Positions 20,077-33,744 are shown, numbered from the stretch's first letter. The stretch is DNA of 64,000 bases from Amoebidium appalachense (GCA_963693365.1 CAVNZM010000002.1:12146328-12210327); one strand, 5' to 3'. Notes: generated by a model from the letters alone, not told the origin. A program made the numbers and translations.

Positions 20077-20798
20077 AGACTCTTAAAAAAACTTTGATGG
20101 AGAACGTTCGGATGTGAAAGACACAATTGCAACTGACTCGAGGCATGCTACCAGGTTGCTACATGCACCTCTCTCTGGATCTCTTCGGCTGGCCTGAGAA
20201 TATGAAGTTCAGGGCCATAATAAATCCCTCGAAAAGTGTCTCTAATTTTTGATGTCTCATCATTCTCTCCGGGTTGGGGGTTTACGCTAAGTTCACCGAT
20301 TTCTTAGCCAGTGGCTCTCTAAGGGATAAATATATGCAAAAGGCTCCTCTTAAATCGGTATTATTACCATTACACATGCAGTATTATAGTTGGGCCATTT
20401 ATTTAGCCAGTGCATTGTCCGAAATAACCAAACAAACCGGATTGGCTCAGTGCTGGGATGGTTGGATCCCCCAACACTTCTCAACACTTCCAAGTAGGGG
20501 GGCGATCGTATGTCCATACTTTATTTTCTCTTCATACCTGTGCTCCTGGGAATTTTAGACCCCGTTTCCATATGTGTGTAACAGTATGTAACTAGTAACT
20601 ATGGAAAATGCAGCCTCGTTATACCAAAATACCCATATTTAGTGTGAAGCTATTCATTTTTACTATATGTAGAACCACATGCAGTCCTATGTTTGTAACG
20701 GAATTTTACGTGGCCTAGGCCCTAAATGTCGAAACTGATAAATCGTAAATCCGCTGCTACACAGTCACACATATACGACTTGCTCCACCCATAATTAA

Positions 20799-21737
20799 GG
20801 GCCTGTTTGGCAACGCGGGTTAGTGTAATCTGGATTTCGGGGGATATCTGGATATCAAAATCGAGATCCAGATTATGCTGGATCTCAGCCGAAACCTGGG
20901 TTAAGCCGGGTAGATAACCCATGGATGCCAAACAGCCCACGTACGATTTCGGGTTAGATTTGCTCTGCTGTTCATGGAAACGACCGGCCATTCCATTCCA
21001 TTGAGCCTTTTTAAGGCTCTTGCCTCCCGAATCAAGTTTCCTGAGTGAGAGGCTAAGAAAATCGTCTACAACGAACTTGCTTTCTTCTCCCGTAAATCTC
21101 ATACGTGTCTTTTCAACCGCCTCAGTCGACGGTTTGGCTGACTGTGGGGGACTGTCACTCTGTGATTCGATGTTGAGGTTTGCAGGCATCTTGTCGGTTC
21201 AAACAAGATTATCTACAAGTGTACTGTGCTACTGGAAGACTCGGGCTGGACGGCCGCAGAGGGTAGGAAAAGAATGAGAAGTGAGGTGCGTGTCTGTTTT
21301 TATAACGTTCCCCACGTGCAAGTCCGTGCGTTGGTGCAGGTGTCGCAGTTCAAGGCACAGCTGTCGCAGCCCACTCAGTATCCACATGCTGCCAGCAACG
21401 GAAGTTTGGTTTGGCGCCCTTTCAACAATCCTTTTTTGGCCACTTCAAACTATCGACGATTGGTGCAAAAGGACACCATATATAGTTCCATAAAATGAAC
21501 ATTCATTGGGTCGGACATTCAGGACCTGAAAGGATTTCGCGCTAATCCACCTCCCGAGGTGGATTAGTGGAATCCAGAATACGGCCATGTCCGAGGGGTT
21601 TGAAACCCAGATTTACGTGACCGGATCTGGCCGTCTGTTTGGCAGCGGCTGGATTTTGAGATTTGGATTTAGCGCTAAACCCAAAATCGCCCGTAATCCG
21701 GATTTAGGACCCTAAACCCGGGTTGCCAAACAGGCCC
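20799..21737. mobile_element. Non-autonomous PIF/Harbinger (Tourist-like) DNA transposon carrying a Myb/SANT-like ORF remnant
   Basis: TIRs GGGCCTGTTTGGCAAC... / ...GTTGCCAAACAGGCCC, with TAA on both sides (20796-98, 21738-40) as a 3-bp TSD. Subterminal TGGATTT/AATCCA motifs. The minus-strand ORF from 21189 (RMRFTGEESKFVVDDF...SLKKAQWNGMAGRFHE) resembles the Harbinger Myb-like protein. Confidence 0.85.
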
Positions 21738-22110
21738 TAAGAGTTTTGGGGGATCCGATGGTTTTATTTATTTTTATTATGTGGAATTCACGGAGCGTTC
21801 GGGGCCACCAAGATTTTTTTGAACTTCAGGAAGTTGAATAAACCCAGCGTAGCTTATATAGTTATACACACAATATACGCAGGAAAGTTATGGGGAGAAA
21901 ATTTGAGGGCCTGAAAGCTCAAAGAATCTGTAGTACTACATCTACCGTGCTTGTTCATTGCATACACTACACCGTCGGACGTTTGGGGCCCTGGCCCCCC
22001 TGGGCCTGCTTTAGCCCGCCTCTCCAAAAAAATAGCATTCACACTGACATGACGTGTCGCATTCCTAAGTACATTCTTTTCATTCCAACCGCTTGTCCAA
22101 AGCCAAATAG

Positions 22111-23306
22111 CCGAACGCGAGTGGCCCGGATTCGTCGACAACTCCCCGCTGAACAACTCGTTCCGGCCCTTCGGAATAGCATTTAGCCTGGTGCAGCGCG
22201 GCACGTTCTTTCCATATCAGGACAATCCATTTCCTTTTTTGGAAGCGGTCAACAACAGTGATGCAACTGCCACGTACCTTTACCAGTGCACGAATGTTTA
22301 CGATGTGGACATCACGGTGGGTCCCCCCCCCCCCCCCCCCCCCCCCCTTCCTCTGTGACGTCTGCTCGCACAAGTAATTCTGCTGGTCTCTGCTTGGGCG
22401 CTCCCTGAGGATGGGCTTTGCTTATGGCGCATAGCTGATGTTGCATACTTGCGCATTGCTGATATTGCATACTTGAATGTTTGGCTTTGCATGTGTCCTG
22501 CACCATGCTTCTCGTCGTGTATATGTACTTCGTACCGTGTTCCGCATTCAACCCCCCCCCCCCCCCCCCCCCCCCCCCGCCCTGTTTTGTGACATCAAAC
22601 ATCCGCACGGAGTCCTGCGTTTTTCACCCAGGTTTCAGTATTGATTAACGTCATTGTGGTATTGTGTTAGTTATAGTGACTGCTTAGTTATGGGACTTAA
22701 GTATTATAGATAACAAAGACCGTTTCTTTTCATCCAGTGCCTATATAGTGCAAATCTCCCCCTTCTGATATTGGGGTTACGCCATGTTTAGGAGTTATTA
22801 AGAAATGCCGTCATAACTGTTAAATGCTGTGGTTGACTTAAGGCCTGCCGCTGTCGTGATTTGCTGTCCTAGGGTAAAAAAAGTGGCCGGGCAGGGGAGC
22901 AGGGCGAGAGGGGCGGGGGGGGGGGGGGGGGGGGGGGGGAGGGGGGGAGGGGGGGGGGGGGGGGGAGGAGGAGCGGAATCCGAGGGGAGGGGGTGGGGGG
23001 TGGGGAGAGGGGTCCCTGGATGTGAGTAATATGGGCAATTTAGGCTTGCAAGCACTTGCGGCTCTACATGAACTAAGCGTATATGGTAACATTCTCTCTC
23101 CAGGGATTGGCCGGTAGCTTCTTCTTGCGTCTGTCCACAGGCACATGCGGCACCCTTATGCCATGTACTCAAACCCCGAGCGCTCTCTTCAGTTTCCCCC
23201 AGGGCACAGGTGAAACCTTATCCCCTCCCCCTCTCCCCCCCCCCCCCCTTCCCCCCCCCCCCCCCTGCCTTCCCCTCCCCCCCCCCCCCCCCCCACCCCA
23301 CCACCA

Positions 23307-23366
<60 letters not shown>

Positions 23367-24669
23367 CACTACAAAACTTGCTCCGTCCTTCTGCACCGAT
23401 CGATGCATGGCATGTGTCTATGAGATGCGATTGGCTGGCCGTTTGACTCTAACAGTCAATTTCTGAGTGTAGCAAACGATTCCTACATAGATTCCCCATA
23501 ACCCGCCAATCATATGATCGTAAAAAGCCGATTGGTGCAAAAGACGGTGCAAGCACTTTAGTACCCCTTTTGCCTCTCCCATACCCTCCATTAGTTTTTT
23601 TTTCTACTCCATCTTAACTTCCCTGCCCAGTTGAAAGATTAAAACTTAAAGACTATATAATGACTACAACCACTATTCCTCGTACTACCACAACACTAAT
23701 ACCAATAACATCAAAATTTTAATACAGGCACGCTGGAGTTTGCTCTTCAGATATGGGACATTGATGGGGGGGAGCAATACATTGTGAGCGGCTACGATCG
23801 CAACTACAAGTTTGTCACATCGGCAGTCAGTCCATTTGATGCCAGTTCAGCGAATTGCACGGCTGTGCTAGATGGCAGGCCCTATCAGATTGTCTTGGGT
23901 ATGTATACAAACCAGTTGCCTTCCCCCTATACCCCCTCCCCCGCCTGCATCCCCGGAGTTCTTCCCCCCTCCCATTCACAAAAAAATCAAAGAGCAAATA
24001 AAGGAATAGAGGAAGAAGAAAGGACAAACACACACGCACCCCTCCCCCCTTCCCCCCCCCCTCCCCCACACACACTCTCCCCCCCTCCCCTCTCGCTCTC
24101 CCTCCGCTCCCTTCCCCCCTCCCCCCCTCTCAATCCCTCTCTTGCGATCTCTCCTCTCCCCCCCCCCCCCTCCCCCCTTCCTCTCTCTCTCTCGATCTCT
24201 CCTCCCCCCTTCCCCCTCTCCTTCTCCCCCCTCCCTCCACCCTCCTTCCCCCCCCCCCCTCTCTCTCTTTCTCTCTCTTCTGCATCTCCATGGAGTTCTT
24301 ATTCACCTTCTTACGGGTTGCCTTATAGTCGTTTGGGTAATTATCTGAGGTATGCTTTGCTAATCTCCTTTTTTTTTTTTTTTTCCCTCGTCGTGATAGA
24401 TATGTTCCCCCCTCCTCCCCCGCCTCCCCCCCCCTCCCCCTCCCCTGCTCCTTCGCCTTTTCCCCAATGCCGGTCAACCTGATCGCCTGGTCGCCGACCC
24501 ATTCTTTTTATAGAACCATCTTGCTGTGATTTAGGTCTTTGTTCACGTATCGTCTTCCTGCACAATCGAATTGACTTCTGTTTTTTGTTTTTGCTGTGTT
24601 AATGAGGGCGGATAAGAGGAGTACTCATCAAAAATACGGAGTTGTAGCCTTGGTGTAGTGCGAGAATAA

Positions 24670-24735
<66 letters not shown>

Positions 24736-25311
24736 TGTGTATGCCTGCGCATGTGCTCGTGCGGGTGTGTGTGCGGGTGTGTGTGCGGGTGTGTGTGCGG
24801 GTGTGTGTGCGGGTGCTCACTCGTGATGGCAGCGGCGGCAGCGGCGGCAGTGGTGGTGGGTGGGTAGGTGGGTGGGTATGTTTCTTTTTTTTTGGGGGGG
24901 GGGGGATGCAAATTGGTAGGGAGGCACGAAGGCAGACTATGGTTTTACGCAGTAGGCTCCCATGCACTTGATGAGACCACCTTAATGATCTCATATTTCT
25001 TTGAGATATTCCTGATTTACATAGATAAACACCAAATGTACTAAAAATCTCCCAATATCAGGGGGGCCCAACAACACCATCCCTATGAGCTATGTGCGCA
25101 TAGACTTTGTAGGCTATTCTCGGTGGGCTGTTGGCAACGCTTTTGATAACTTCCGCCCATACGGTTGCACGTTCGATGCAAGTATGTACAGCCCTCCCCC
25201 CCCCCCCCCCCCCCCCCCCCCGCTCTTTCTCTCTTTCCCTCTCTCAGTCTTCCCTCCTCCCTCCGCCTTCTCTCTCCCCACCTTCTCCCCTCCGTTTCAG
25301 CTCCAGTCTAG
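22111..25311 (+). CDS. Spliced gene encoding an uncharacterised, probably extracellular beta-rich domain resembling bacterial surface (PEP-CTERM-associated) proteins; 5' exon(s) not found
   Basis: Phase-consistent exons 22111-22316 (PGFVDNSPLNNSFRPFGIAFS..PFLEAVNNSD), 23104-23209 (GLAGSFFLRLS..), 23728-23898 (EFALQIWDIDGGEQYIVSGYD..LDGRPY) and 25062-25181 (SYVRIDFVG..VGNAFDNFRP). Possible last exon 25301-25311 (TPV*). The family assignment is from recalled motif resemblance only. Confidence 0.7.
22393..22551 (+). repeat. 5'-truncated subfamily B copy of the structured-RNA repeat family
   Basis: CTTGGGCGCTCCCTGAGGATGGGCTTTGCTTATGGCGCA...TTCCGCATTCAACCCC matches the reverse complement of 40099-40245. 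Confidence 0.8.
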
Positions 25312-25390
25312 GTGTAGTGCAACTGAAAACAAGGGTTGCCGGCAGACCAAGCTTCTAGAGCACAGTGACAGTCAGGGTTAAGTGTGACGT

Positions 25391-25452
<62 letters not shown>

Positions 25453-25526
25453 TACATCTATACATACACCATGAGAGATGCATGAAATATACAGGTATTT
25501 GAATGGTGTATCCAAGCCCTACTCAC

Positions 25527-25782
25527 TAGTAGTATGACGTGTTAGTTTGCGGAAAGTTCCGGAAAGTGCTATGCCGAGACTCTGCCACGGCAGCAAAGCT
25601 TTCGCCATAAATATTGTGCCCCCCTCCCTGCGTTCAACCCCTCTATCAGAACAACCTACTCCCCAGATGTAGTTTTTTACCCCCATCCCGGTCGCTCTTT
25701 TCAGTTTACTTCGATCTCCTCCCTCCCCTCCCATCAAAAAATGTGCCCTTTCTTTAGTTTTTTTTTTTTTTTTTTTTTTGAA

Positions 25783-25821
<39 letters not shown>

Positions 25822-25920
25822 TATGTGAATATGCTCTGAGACTCGTGTGCGTGTGTGTATTTGAATGATCTGCTGCTGGTGATGGCGGGGGTGGGGGTGG
25901 GGGTCGGGGAAGGGTGGGGT

Positions 25921-25951
<31 letters not shown>

Positions 25952-26267
25952 TTTCAACCTTAAACTGACTTACCGTGTCCCACAGAGGTAAATTTGTAAG
26001 AACGATTTCCATCTCCAAGGATGCAACAAGGCCATCCTCCCCCGAAAGGTTTATGTTTTGGTCTGGGCCAGTGGCAAAAAATGTTAACTCGAGGCAGAGA
26101 GGCCAGTCTCAGAAAGTGGGTTTTTGCTTTGTATGCTCCCCCAGTGTCAAATCAGGTAAATGGAGGTCGGGTGTTGCTTGCGCATCCATTTTCCTCGATG
26201 CTGTTACGAAATTACTCTAGAGAAAGAAGAACTTTGGTATTAGACGTGCATTTTTACGGTGTGTGGT

Positions 26268-26312
<45 letters not shown>

Positions 26313-27167
26313 GCCGGCGCCGGCCCGGCCCGGATATGGCCATATCGCCGGGGGGGGGGGGGGGGGGGGGGGGGAGGGGGGGGGTGCCCTAGCATGTGTG
26401 CTTGTGTTTACTAACTGGGTAGTTTAATGCTTGGTGCCGGTGTGTGCTTGGGCATGCAATCGATAAACCGTGTAGCACACAGTGCAAGAGTGGGCTAACA
26501 TGACAATCCGCTAGTCCTACAAGATGGGTGTATGTGGGTGTTACACTTCTGGGTGAGACGTTATTAGTAATAGGACTGAGGCGGAGTAGAGACAGAGCGA
26601 GAAAATCCTAATTTTTTTCAGGTATTAACTTGGCAATGCTTAAGGCCTACATAATCCCAGTATCTTGTGGATGAGTCTTATTATAGATGGCCTTATGTGT
26701 AATAGTTTTTGTGTGTGTGAAAACATGCTGTAAGATCAATTGAACTAATCTTACTTAAGGCTTCTTTAGGCTGCTTATGTGCTTGAAGACTGAAGCCTTC
26801 TCCATTTGTTATCCATGGAAGTTGTGTAATAGTTTTGTGAGCACAATATGTACCAAAGCGTAAATGGCAGCTCTGAGACACACACTGCCATTTTATTTTT
26901 TCTTTTGCCATTTTTTCAAGCGGCTGATGAGCTTGTTAACATGGAGCCCGAGATGGGATACTGTACATGTAGCAGATGACGTATTGGTAGAGGGTGGTAT
27001 GTATATGTAGAAGTTCAACAGGTCCAGGTTTACAAGTCTATCTATCTAAATAAAACACCAAATCAACCAAGCAACCACTATGAATGTTACTAGTAAACTA
27101 AGTAAGGGGCCAACTCAATTGCTGCTTCTTTCTCCTTTGTGTGTGTGTGTGTGTGTGTGCGCGTGTG

Positions 27168-27199
<32 letters not shown>

Positions 27200-27830
27200 T
27201 GTGCGTCCACCAACACCACACTCCACATTCCACCACCCCAGATGAACCAATGAGAGCCCGTGTTTAAAGTTTATTCGTAGGCTTTAAGTGGAGGGGGCGC
27301 CTGGTGCTAACCACCGACGAGGTTTGGGTGAAAACCTTCCGGACTTAAAACGGGATTAAAAAAAAGGCGTGTGTGTGTGTGTGACACGTGTGTGTGTACA
27401 CGTGTGTGTGTGTGTGGGTATGGGTGTGTGTGTGTGTGTGATGTGCACATGTCTAGGTGCCTGTCTGCATCAGACCCTGCATGGGTGTGTATCACAATAT
27501 GTACGTGCGTGTGTCCATCTTGCTGTCAACAACATGTGTGTGCGTGTGCGGGCATGCCTTTTCCCGGGCACAACGGTGCACATGTGCTTTTGTATTCCTA
27601 TATGCGTGCGTGTGTGCGTACAGTGTCACGATCAGGGCAGTGCGCGCTCGGGCATGTGCACCCGCGGTGTGTATACGTATATACGTATGAAGGTATGACA
27701 GCCCAGATCCCCAAAGTAGACATGTACCACGGATTACATATATACCTGCAGAAGAAGCCCATTCAACCAGTGCTGCAGCAGCGACCATGGCCAGGCAGAG
27801 GTAAAGCAAGCGGTACCCAGCAGTGTCCTT
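25527..27830 (-). CDS. Possible small secreted-protein gene (tentative exons)
   Basis: The signal-peptide-like exon 27830-27746 (RLLYLCLAMVAAAALVEWASSA) joins in phase to 26062-25974 and ~25627-25527. No recognisable homology and no start identified. Confidence 0.3.
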
Positions 27831-27864
27831 CTACCGTTTGTGTACCCGTTCAAAATTCCATTGG

Positions 27865-27912
27865 TTAGGTACCACGGCCATCTAGAAACACCTAGATGGC
27901 CGTGTTAGGTAC
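27865..27912. mobile_element. 32-bp TIR-only relic with 8-bp TSD (probable excision footprint of a P-like DNA transposon)
   Basis: TTAGGTAC-[CACGGCCATCTAG aaacac CTAGATGGCCGTG]-TTAGGTAC: a perfect 13-bp inverted repeat inside a perfect 8-bp direct repeat. Confidence 0.8.
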
Positions 27913-28424
27913 CTACATAGATAAAAAAGAAGATAATAACTTGCATGGTACTCATACTGGGACATAGTGCTTGTTTGCATTGGTTGATTTGTCTCGCCAG
28001 CAACGATTGGTTCAAATAGATTCAGCCAGTTAGAAGGGAAATATATACACTAAATAAGGTGAATTCCGAAATTTATTTTGCCGGCTGGCCCGCGGCTTAC
28101 ACGGCAGACTCAGTCGCCGAGAGGCCGGCGAGTCCAACGCATGCACATGTGTACCCTACTGTACATACAGACAGGTGCCTCTGCCTGTGATCCGCGTGTA
28201 CGTGTGCAAGCAGTTAGCAAACCAGCGCTGTGCTAGCAGTGGCAAGGCCACTCATGATCAGAGGCCTTGCACACACGTATGAACCGGGTTGGGGCTGTTC
28301 GAACATGGTTTGGACCAAAGGAGTCCGGATCATGACGAATTCCCAAAGGAAGCAGTACTAGTGCCGCATGCACGGCAGATGCACGACGTTGGCCATGGAC
28401 GTACGCGTGGAGGGGGGGAGAGAG

Positions 28425-28506
<82 letters not shown>

Positions 28507-28882
28507 AAGGGGGAAGGGCCGGAACCACGTGCGTATGGCTGGCGCAGGGGGGTGGGGGGAGGGGGAGGTGGAAGGACTACTCGCGGTGGGGATGGGGTGG
28601 TGGTGATGGTGGTCACAGTGATATTTCAAGCAAATGTATGACTCAGCGGTGTGTGTGTGTGTGTGTTAGTGTGTGTGTTTGTGTGTGTGTGTTTGTGTGA
28701 GCGGGAGGGTGGGGGAGGGGGGGGGGGGGGGTGTGTGGAGAGGGAGGGAGCTAGGGGGGTTACCATGCAACACCCTCTGCAAGAGGTGGGGATCATGATA
28801 AGGGTCTTCCCAGGGCCCCTATGCCTGGGGGAAAGAAGGGGGTCCGTTGCAACATGTACATGGAGGGGGGGCGAGAGAGAGG

Positions 28883-28920
<38 letters not shown>

Positions 28921-29294
28921 GGGAGTGGGGGAGGACGTGCCCAGCATATCCTGTGAAATGATCACATACCAGCTGTGCTATTTTTTAAAATAGCGGCTAA
29001 TTCGACTCCTATTGGTTATTGGCTCTGTTTATTCTAGCATTTATAAATTCCCCCCTTTGTCTTTGTATCTCATCCATCATCTTTTCACTTAAATCGTACA
29101 GAGCATGGTAATACACAATATCGAGGGGTGTGTGCTGCATCCGCGGCCACCAATCCCAAAGTTATAATGTCACGCAGTCGGTGCAAAATTTCAATGCAAA
29201 AAATGCGTTGAAAATTTTTTTTTCTTTTGACTGGATTTATTCGACGGAAAGATATGACAAGTATGCACGGCATACTGAGAAGACAATAAAAACT

Positions 29295-30700
29295 TCACGA
29301 GTTATCCAGTAACAAGTGCATACTGAGATACCTGAACACTGTGTGAAAATCATATAAATACTCAATGTGACGACCAACAGAATTCAACAAAAAGTCTAAA
29401 GTGTTCACATTGCCAGCTAGTGTAGCAGATACCCGGAGGGAAAGAGGTAAAACGCGACATAAAAATTCACACCTATCAACATGCTTGCGATTAAAAAGGT
29501 CAGCACAAAAGTGGCACCAGCGGCGATGAAAACAAGAATTACAGCGCCACTGCACAACTTCCCAGGCAATATCAACATCAGAGCACCATACAGACTTATC
29601 TACTAGGGTGGTATCCATACGTACAGCAGGAGAAATGTATCCTGCCAAAGCTCCCAAAAAGCGATAATGATCAGTACGGTGTTGCCTAAGGAACATAACA
29701 CATGCCGACTGAGTTTTACCTTTGATTTCTCTATCAGAACGAGAAAGAAACTTATACTGCGTATGGTAATAACGCGAAAAGGCAGAAAAAACAGGAAGAG
29801 AAAAGAAAGAGGGAGTGAGATAGCGAGAGGAAGAATCAGGTGGAAAGAGGGTAGGCTGAGGACATTCAGAAGTAGCGTTGGTGAATCGGGGGGGAAGAGG
29901 GATGGAGGGAGGGGGGGGAAAGAAAGCATAAAGAGGGTGACCATCAGGTAGCCTAACTAAATGAAAACAAAAACGAAGAGACAATTCCTCCATACGACAA
30001 ACAGCAGACGACAATCCAAACATACTGATTAAGGGAGGCACAAACCGAGTACGAAACAAAGTGCGTAGCGCAGTACCCTGAAAAATCGTCGAACTCGTTC
30101 AGCGCCATTGCCGCCTCGCGAGGTGGGGCGCAGGCCAATAGCGGGAAGTCCATATTCGAAAGTCGGCCGTAAAAAAGTTTTATAGTAGAGAAGAAGGTTC
30201 GCAGGATGGATCACAGACTCCTGTTGAAACATATTTGACACGATGTGAAGCTTACCCTTCGCACGAGCGATCCGTGCTGTGAGGAGCTTGCGGAAATCAA
30301 TACCCCGTGCAGTAAAAGGAATACCCAAATAGTCATAGGTGCTCTGAACAGGAATAGGAAGGCCGGCCAATCGAAAGGAAGTGTTCTTCGAAAAAGTAGC
30401 ACACTTTGCAATTCCGACTGTCATGAAATTCTCGGTGCACCATTGATCCACCGACAAAGCATCTGGTGCATGACATCTTCGGTTAAGGAACAAAGAACAA
30501 TATCGTCCGCAAAAAGGAGACCCGGTACACGACGGGTATGCAGTTGGCCAAAGGGTTCGAGGGCGCAGGCTAAATCGTCAATGAAAACGTCAAACAACAA
30601 CGGACTCAGGAGGGACCCCTGCAGAAGACCCCGGGTGTTAATGTTCCATTGACCGCCGCGCGTCCGCGAGTGGTATCGAACAACGCTTGCAGAAGACGGC
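29295..30700 (-). mobile_element. 5'-truncated, frameshifted non-LTR retrotransposon (LINE) ORF2 fragment: reverse transcriptase plus C-terminal CCHC knuckle
   Basis: RT motifs GLLQGSLLSPLLFDVFIDDL, LLFADDIVL, YDYLGIPF and YKTFLRPTFEYGL. C-terminal CHFC..FNRKHVDRC. Split over several frames. Confidence 0.92.
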
Positions 30701-30868
30701 CAAAGGGGGCTGGCTACTTTGTATCCACGTTTCTTGCTTGCTATGGCTGAAAAAATGACGTCTAGGTGCAAACCAGATCACGTAATTCGTGCATATTTGT
30801 TGCGTGGAAGTATGGGACAGTACTACAAGCATGTACACGTAACCAGATCTAGCGCACAACCAAATACA

Positions 30869-30905
<37 letters not shown>

Positions 30906-31175
30906 CCCCCCCGGGAAACACACACACACAAAAAAATAAATCTTGAATCAAATTATGAAAACCAAAGGGGAAAAACAGGGAAAGAAAAGGAACAAAACAT
31001 CTATATACATACATTTTAATAAACCAGCCGCACAATCAAGTCGAAGCAACCAACTAGGTCAATTATTCAGACCAACAAACCGGCATGCATTCACCCATGG
31101 CCACATGCAAACGTACGCTCGCACGCACTGCTGTGACGCGCAAACACACATACCCACACACACACACACTGCTTC

Positions 31176-32097
31176 TCACCCATCGGTACCATACCAATTA
31201 TCAGCCACTGGTGCACTGCATGCCTTCTTGTGCACCTTCCAGTGGGCCTTTTGGCAGTCTCTGTCGCAGTACCACGCAACCTTGCACGTGCACACTTTCA
31301 GCTTTCGTGATTCCGTACCAAGGCCTCCTAAATACCACACACACACGCGGCCTATGTGGTCGCGGAGACCACTGTGCGCGTGATGGAGTGCCTCACCAGC
31401 AAGGAGCTGGAGGGCAAGTTTCTGCACGCCGGCTCCCACCGCCTGCTGGTTCACACGCTCGCGGTTCAGCACGCCAAGAGCCGGCCGGAGACAGAGACAA
31501 TTCGAGGCATTACTTGTGAGGTGTGCGGGGAGGACACGGCGCAGTACCTCGACGGCATCGCCATGAGAATGACCAACATTTTGCTCAACAACTACACCAA
31601 GGAACGCAACGCGAAAAAGAAAACACCAACCAACAAGCCAAACCAGCAAACCAAGAAATACGAGGGTGCATCAACCGGTTTATTGGCGGCGCACGCCGCG
31701 GACGACGGCCCCAGCGCCAGCGACGACGTGGAGGCTGTGCTCGAGGAGGAGGACTTCGACGTTTGTCGTTTTTGAACGACGACGCACTGGGTGCGTTGTG
31801 TGAGACTTAGGCAGTTATAGGCAGTGATGATTGCGTCTGGTAGTTTAGCGTAATGTTTGCACAAGTTTTGCACTAAAACTAGTCTGATGTAGGAGACCCC
31901 GGAGGGGCACGTAAGATTTCAGTGTTCGATCACCCTACTCTTTACACGTAATCTGGAGTATTAGTCTATTGCGTGCCTCGGCCCGGTGTGGTATTTAGGA
32001 GGCCTTGTTCCGTACCCACCGTACCGCAGCTGCTGCACGTGCGTACAGCCCGGGGGCTGATTTCAGTGGGTGGTGGCTCAGATGCGGGCATGTGGTT
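31176..32097 (-). pseudogene. Second MYND zinc-finger terminal exon, disrupted by a DNA transposon
   Basis: Removing 31319-32007 and one TSD restores [52 protein letters not shown]. The finger is nearly identical to the exon at 36117-36320. Confidence 0.85.
31319..32007 (+). mobile_element. 689-bp non-autonomous TIR DNA transposon (P-element/THAP9-like or hAT) with a transposase C-terminal remnant
   Basis: Perfect 22-bp TIRs CAAGGCCTCCTAAATACCACAC and 8-bp TSD TTCCGTAC (31311-18, 32008-15). Internal ORF 31356-31775 (CEVC..YLDGIAMRMTNILLNNYTKERN) is reminiscent of P-like transposase C-termini. Confidence 0.88.
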
Positions 32098-32612
32098 CTG
32101 TATGTGTGTGTGTGGGGGAGGTGTGCATGTGAGGGGTTTAGAATGTGTTACAGGTACGAAGTACATATGACCGGGGAGGACCGGGGGGGGGGGGGAGGGG
32201 GGGAGGGGGGAGGGGGGGGGGAGGGGGGGGGAGGAGGGGAGGGGGGAGGCGGGGGGAGGGGGAGGGGGTAAGATAATTGTGCTGTGTATGTGGGTGTGTT
32301 TGCGTGTCTGGGTGGGTGGGTGAGCGCGTGCGTAAGTATGTGAGTGCGCGCACGGGCGTGTGTGAACATGAGTCACCGTGTTTGTGTTTGTGTGCGTCTA
32401 GGGGTGTCAGTCAGTCAGTGTTGTGTGTTAGGGTGTGCTGAGCAAATAGGTCATGGGTAAGGGTGTGTGCGGTGTATGTGTTAGCCTGTGGTCGAGAGAG
32501 AGGAAGGAAGGGAGGGAGGGAGGGAGGGAGGGAGGGAGGGAGTTTTTTAGGGAGGGAGAGAAAGGAGAAAAGAGAGGTCATTCATGGTGCGTAAGAAAAC
32601 CCCCCTCCCCCC

Positions 32613-32643
<31 letters not shown>

Positions 32644-32870
32644 ATACAAGTCCACAAGGTTCGGCAAGCTTGTGTACGTGCCAAAGGGCGTGCATGCAGT
32701 GCGAGTGCATGGCATGCGCTTTTATGAGTTGTATTGCACGGAGCCATTATGTAAAACAGCATGCACGGAAACGGGCTTACAAATGGTGCACGTTCGTATC
32801 CATGTGTGTGTACATTGCGTGTGCGTGCGTGTAGAGGACCTTTCACGAGTGAGGTGGGGAAGAAGAAGAA

Positions 32871-32908
<38 letters not shown>

Positions 32909-33397
32909 AGGGGGTGGGAAGGGGTAGAAGTCTAACCTCTGATAGTTTGGCCCGTGTCTCCAGCCACTTTGTCATTATCATCTGTTCCTGTTGAAAAAAA
33001 ACAAAGGGGAAAAAACCACTGTTTAGGACAACAGCTACACTTGTGACATTCAGATAAACCCCCCTCCCCCCCCCCCCCCCCCCCCCCCCGCCCCCTCCCT
33101 CCCCCCTTCCCTCCCAAAAAAGAACGAGAAAAGAAAAAAAAAAAACCAAGGAAAAGGAGGCAAGTAAAAAATCTACCCCCTTCATTTACAATTATCGTAG
33201 TTATGTGCATGTAAAGATGGGTTTTACCAAATGGCACGTGCTTGTGTCTGCCTGCATGCATGCATGCATGCATGTGTGTGTGTGTGTGCACGCGCCCGCG
33301 CGCGTGCGCGTGTGCATGCGTGCTTGTACAATGGGTAGCCCGTTGTCCGTGTACAACTTCGAGAAGGGATGTAACTTCAACTCCGAGCAGGGGGACA

Positions 33398-33430
<33 letters not shown>

Positions 33431-33572
33431 GTTGAGAGGAGTTTTGGAAAGAAATATGACCTCCATCTGCCACCCTCGGTCTCTTTGCCGGCCCCTTTTC
33501 ATTCATCTTTTCAAATTCAACCCTCACACAATCCAGGTATTTTTGTATTTAGCATGCTTGCCCGCCCTCCCC

Positions 33573-33607
<35 letters not shown>

Positions 33608-33703
33608 ACCCCCCCTTCACCCTCAACTTCACTCCGTAACTGGTGCAAGTCGCCCGTTTATTAATGGATGTTTGCGGTCTTATTTTCTTGGTGGTGTTGG
33701 CAT

Positions 33704-33744
<41 letters not shown>

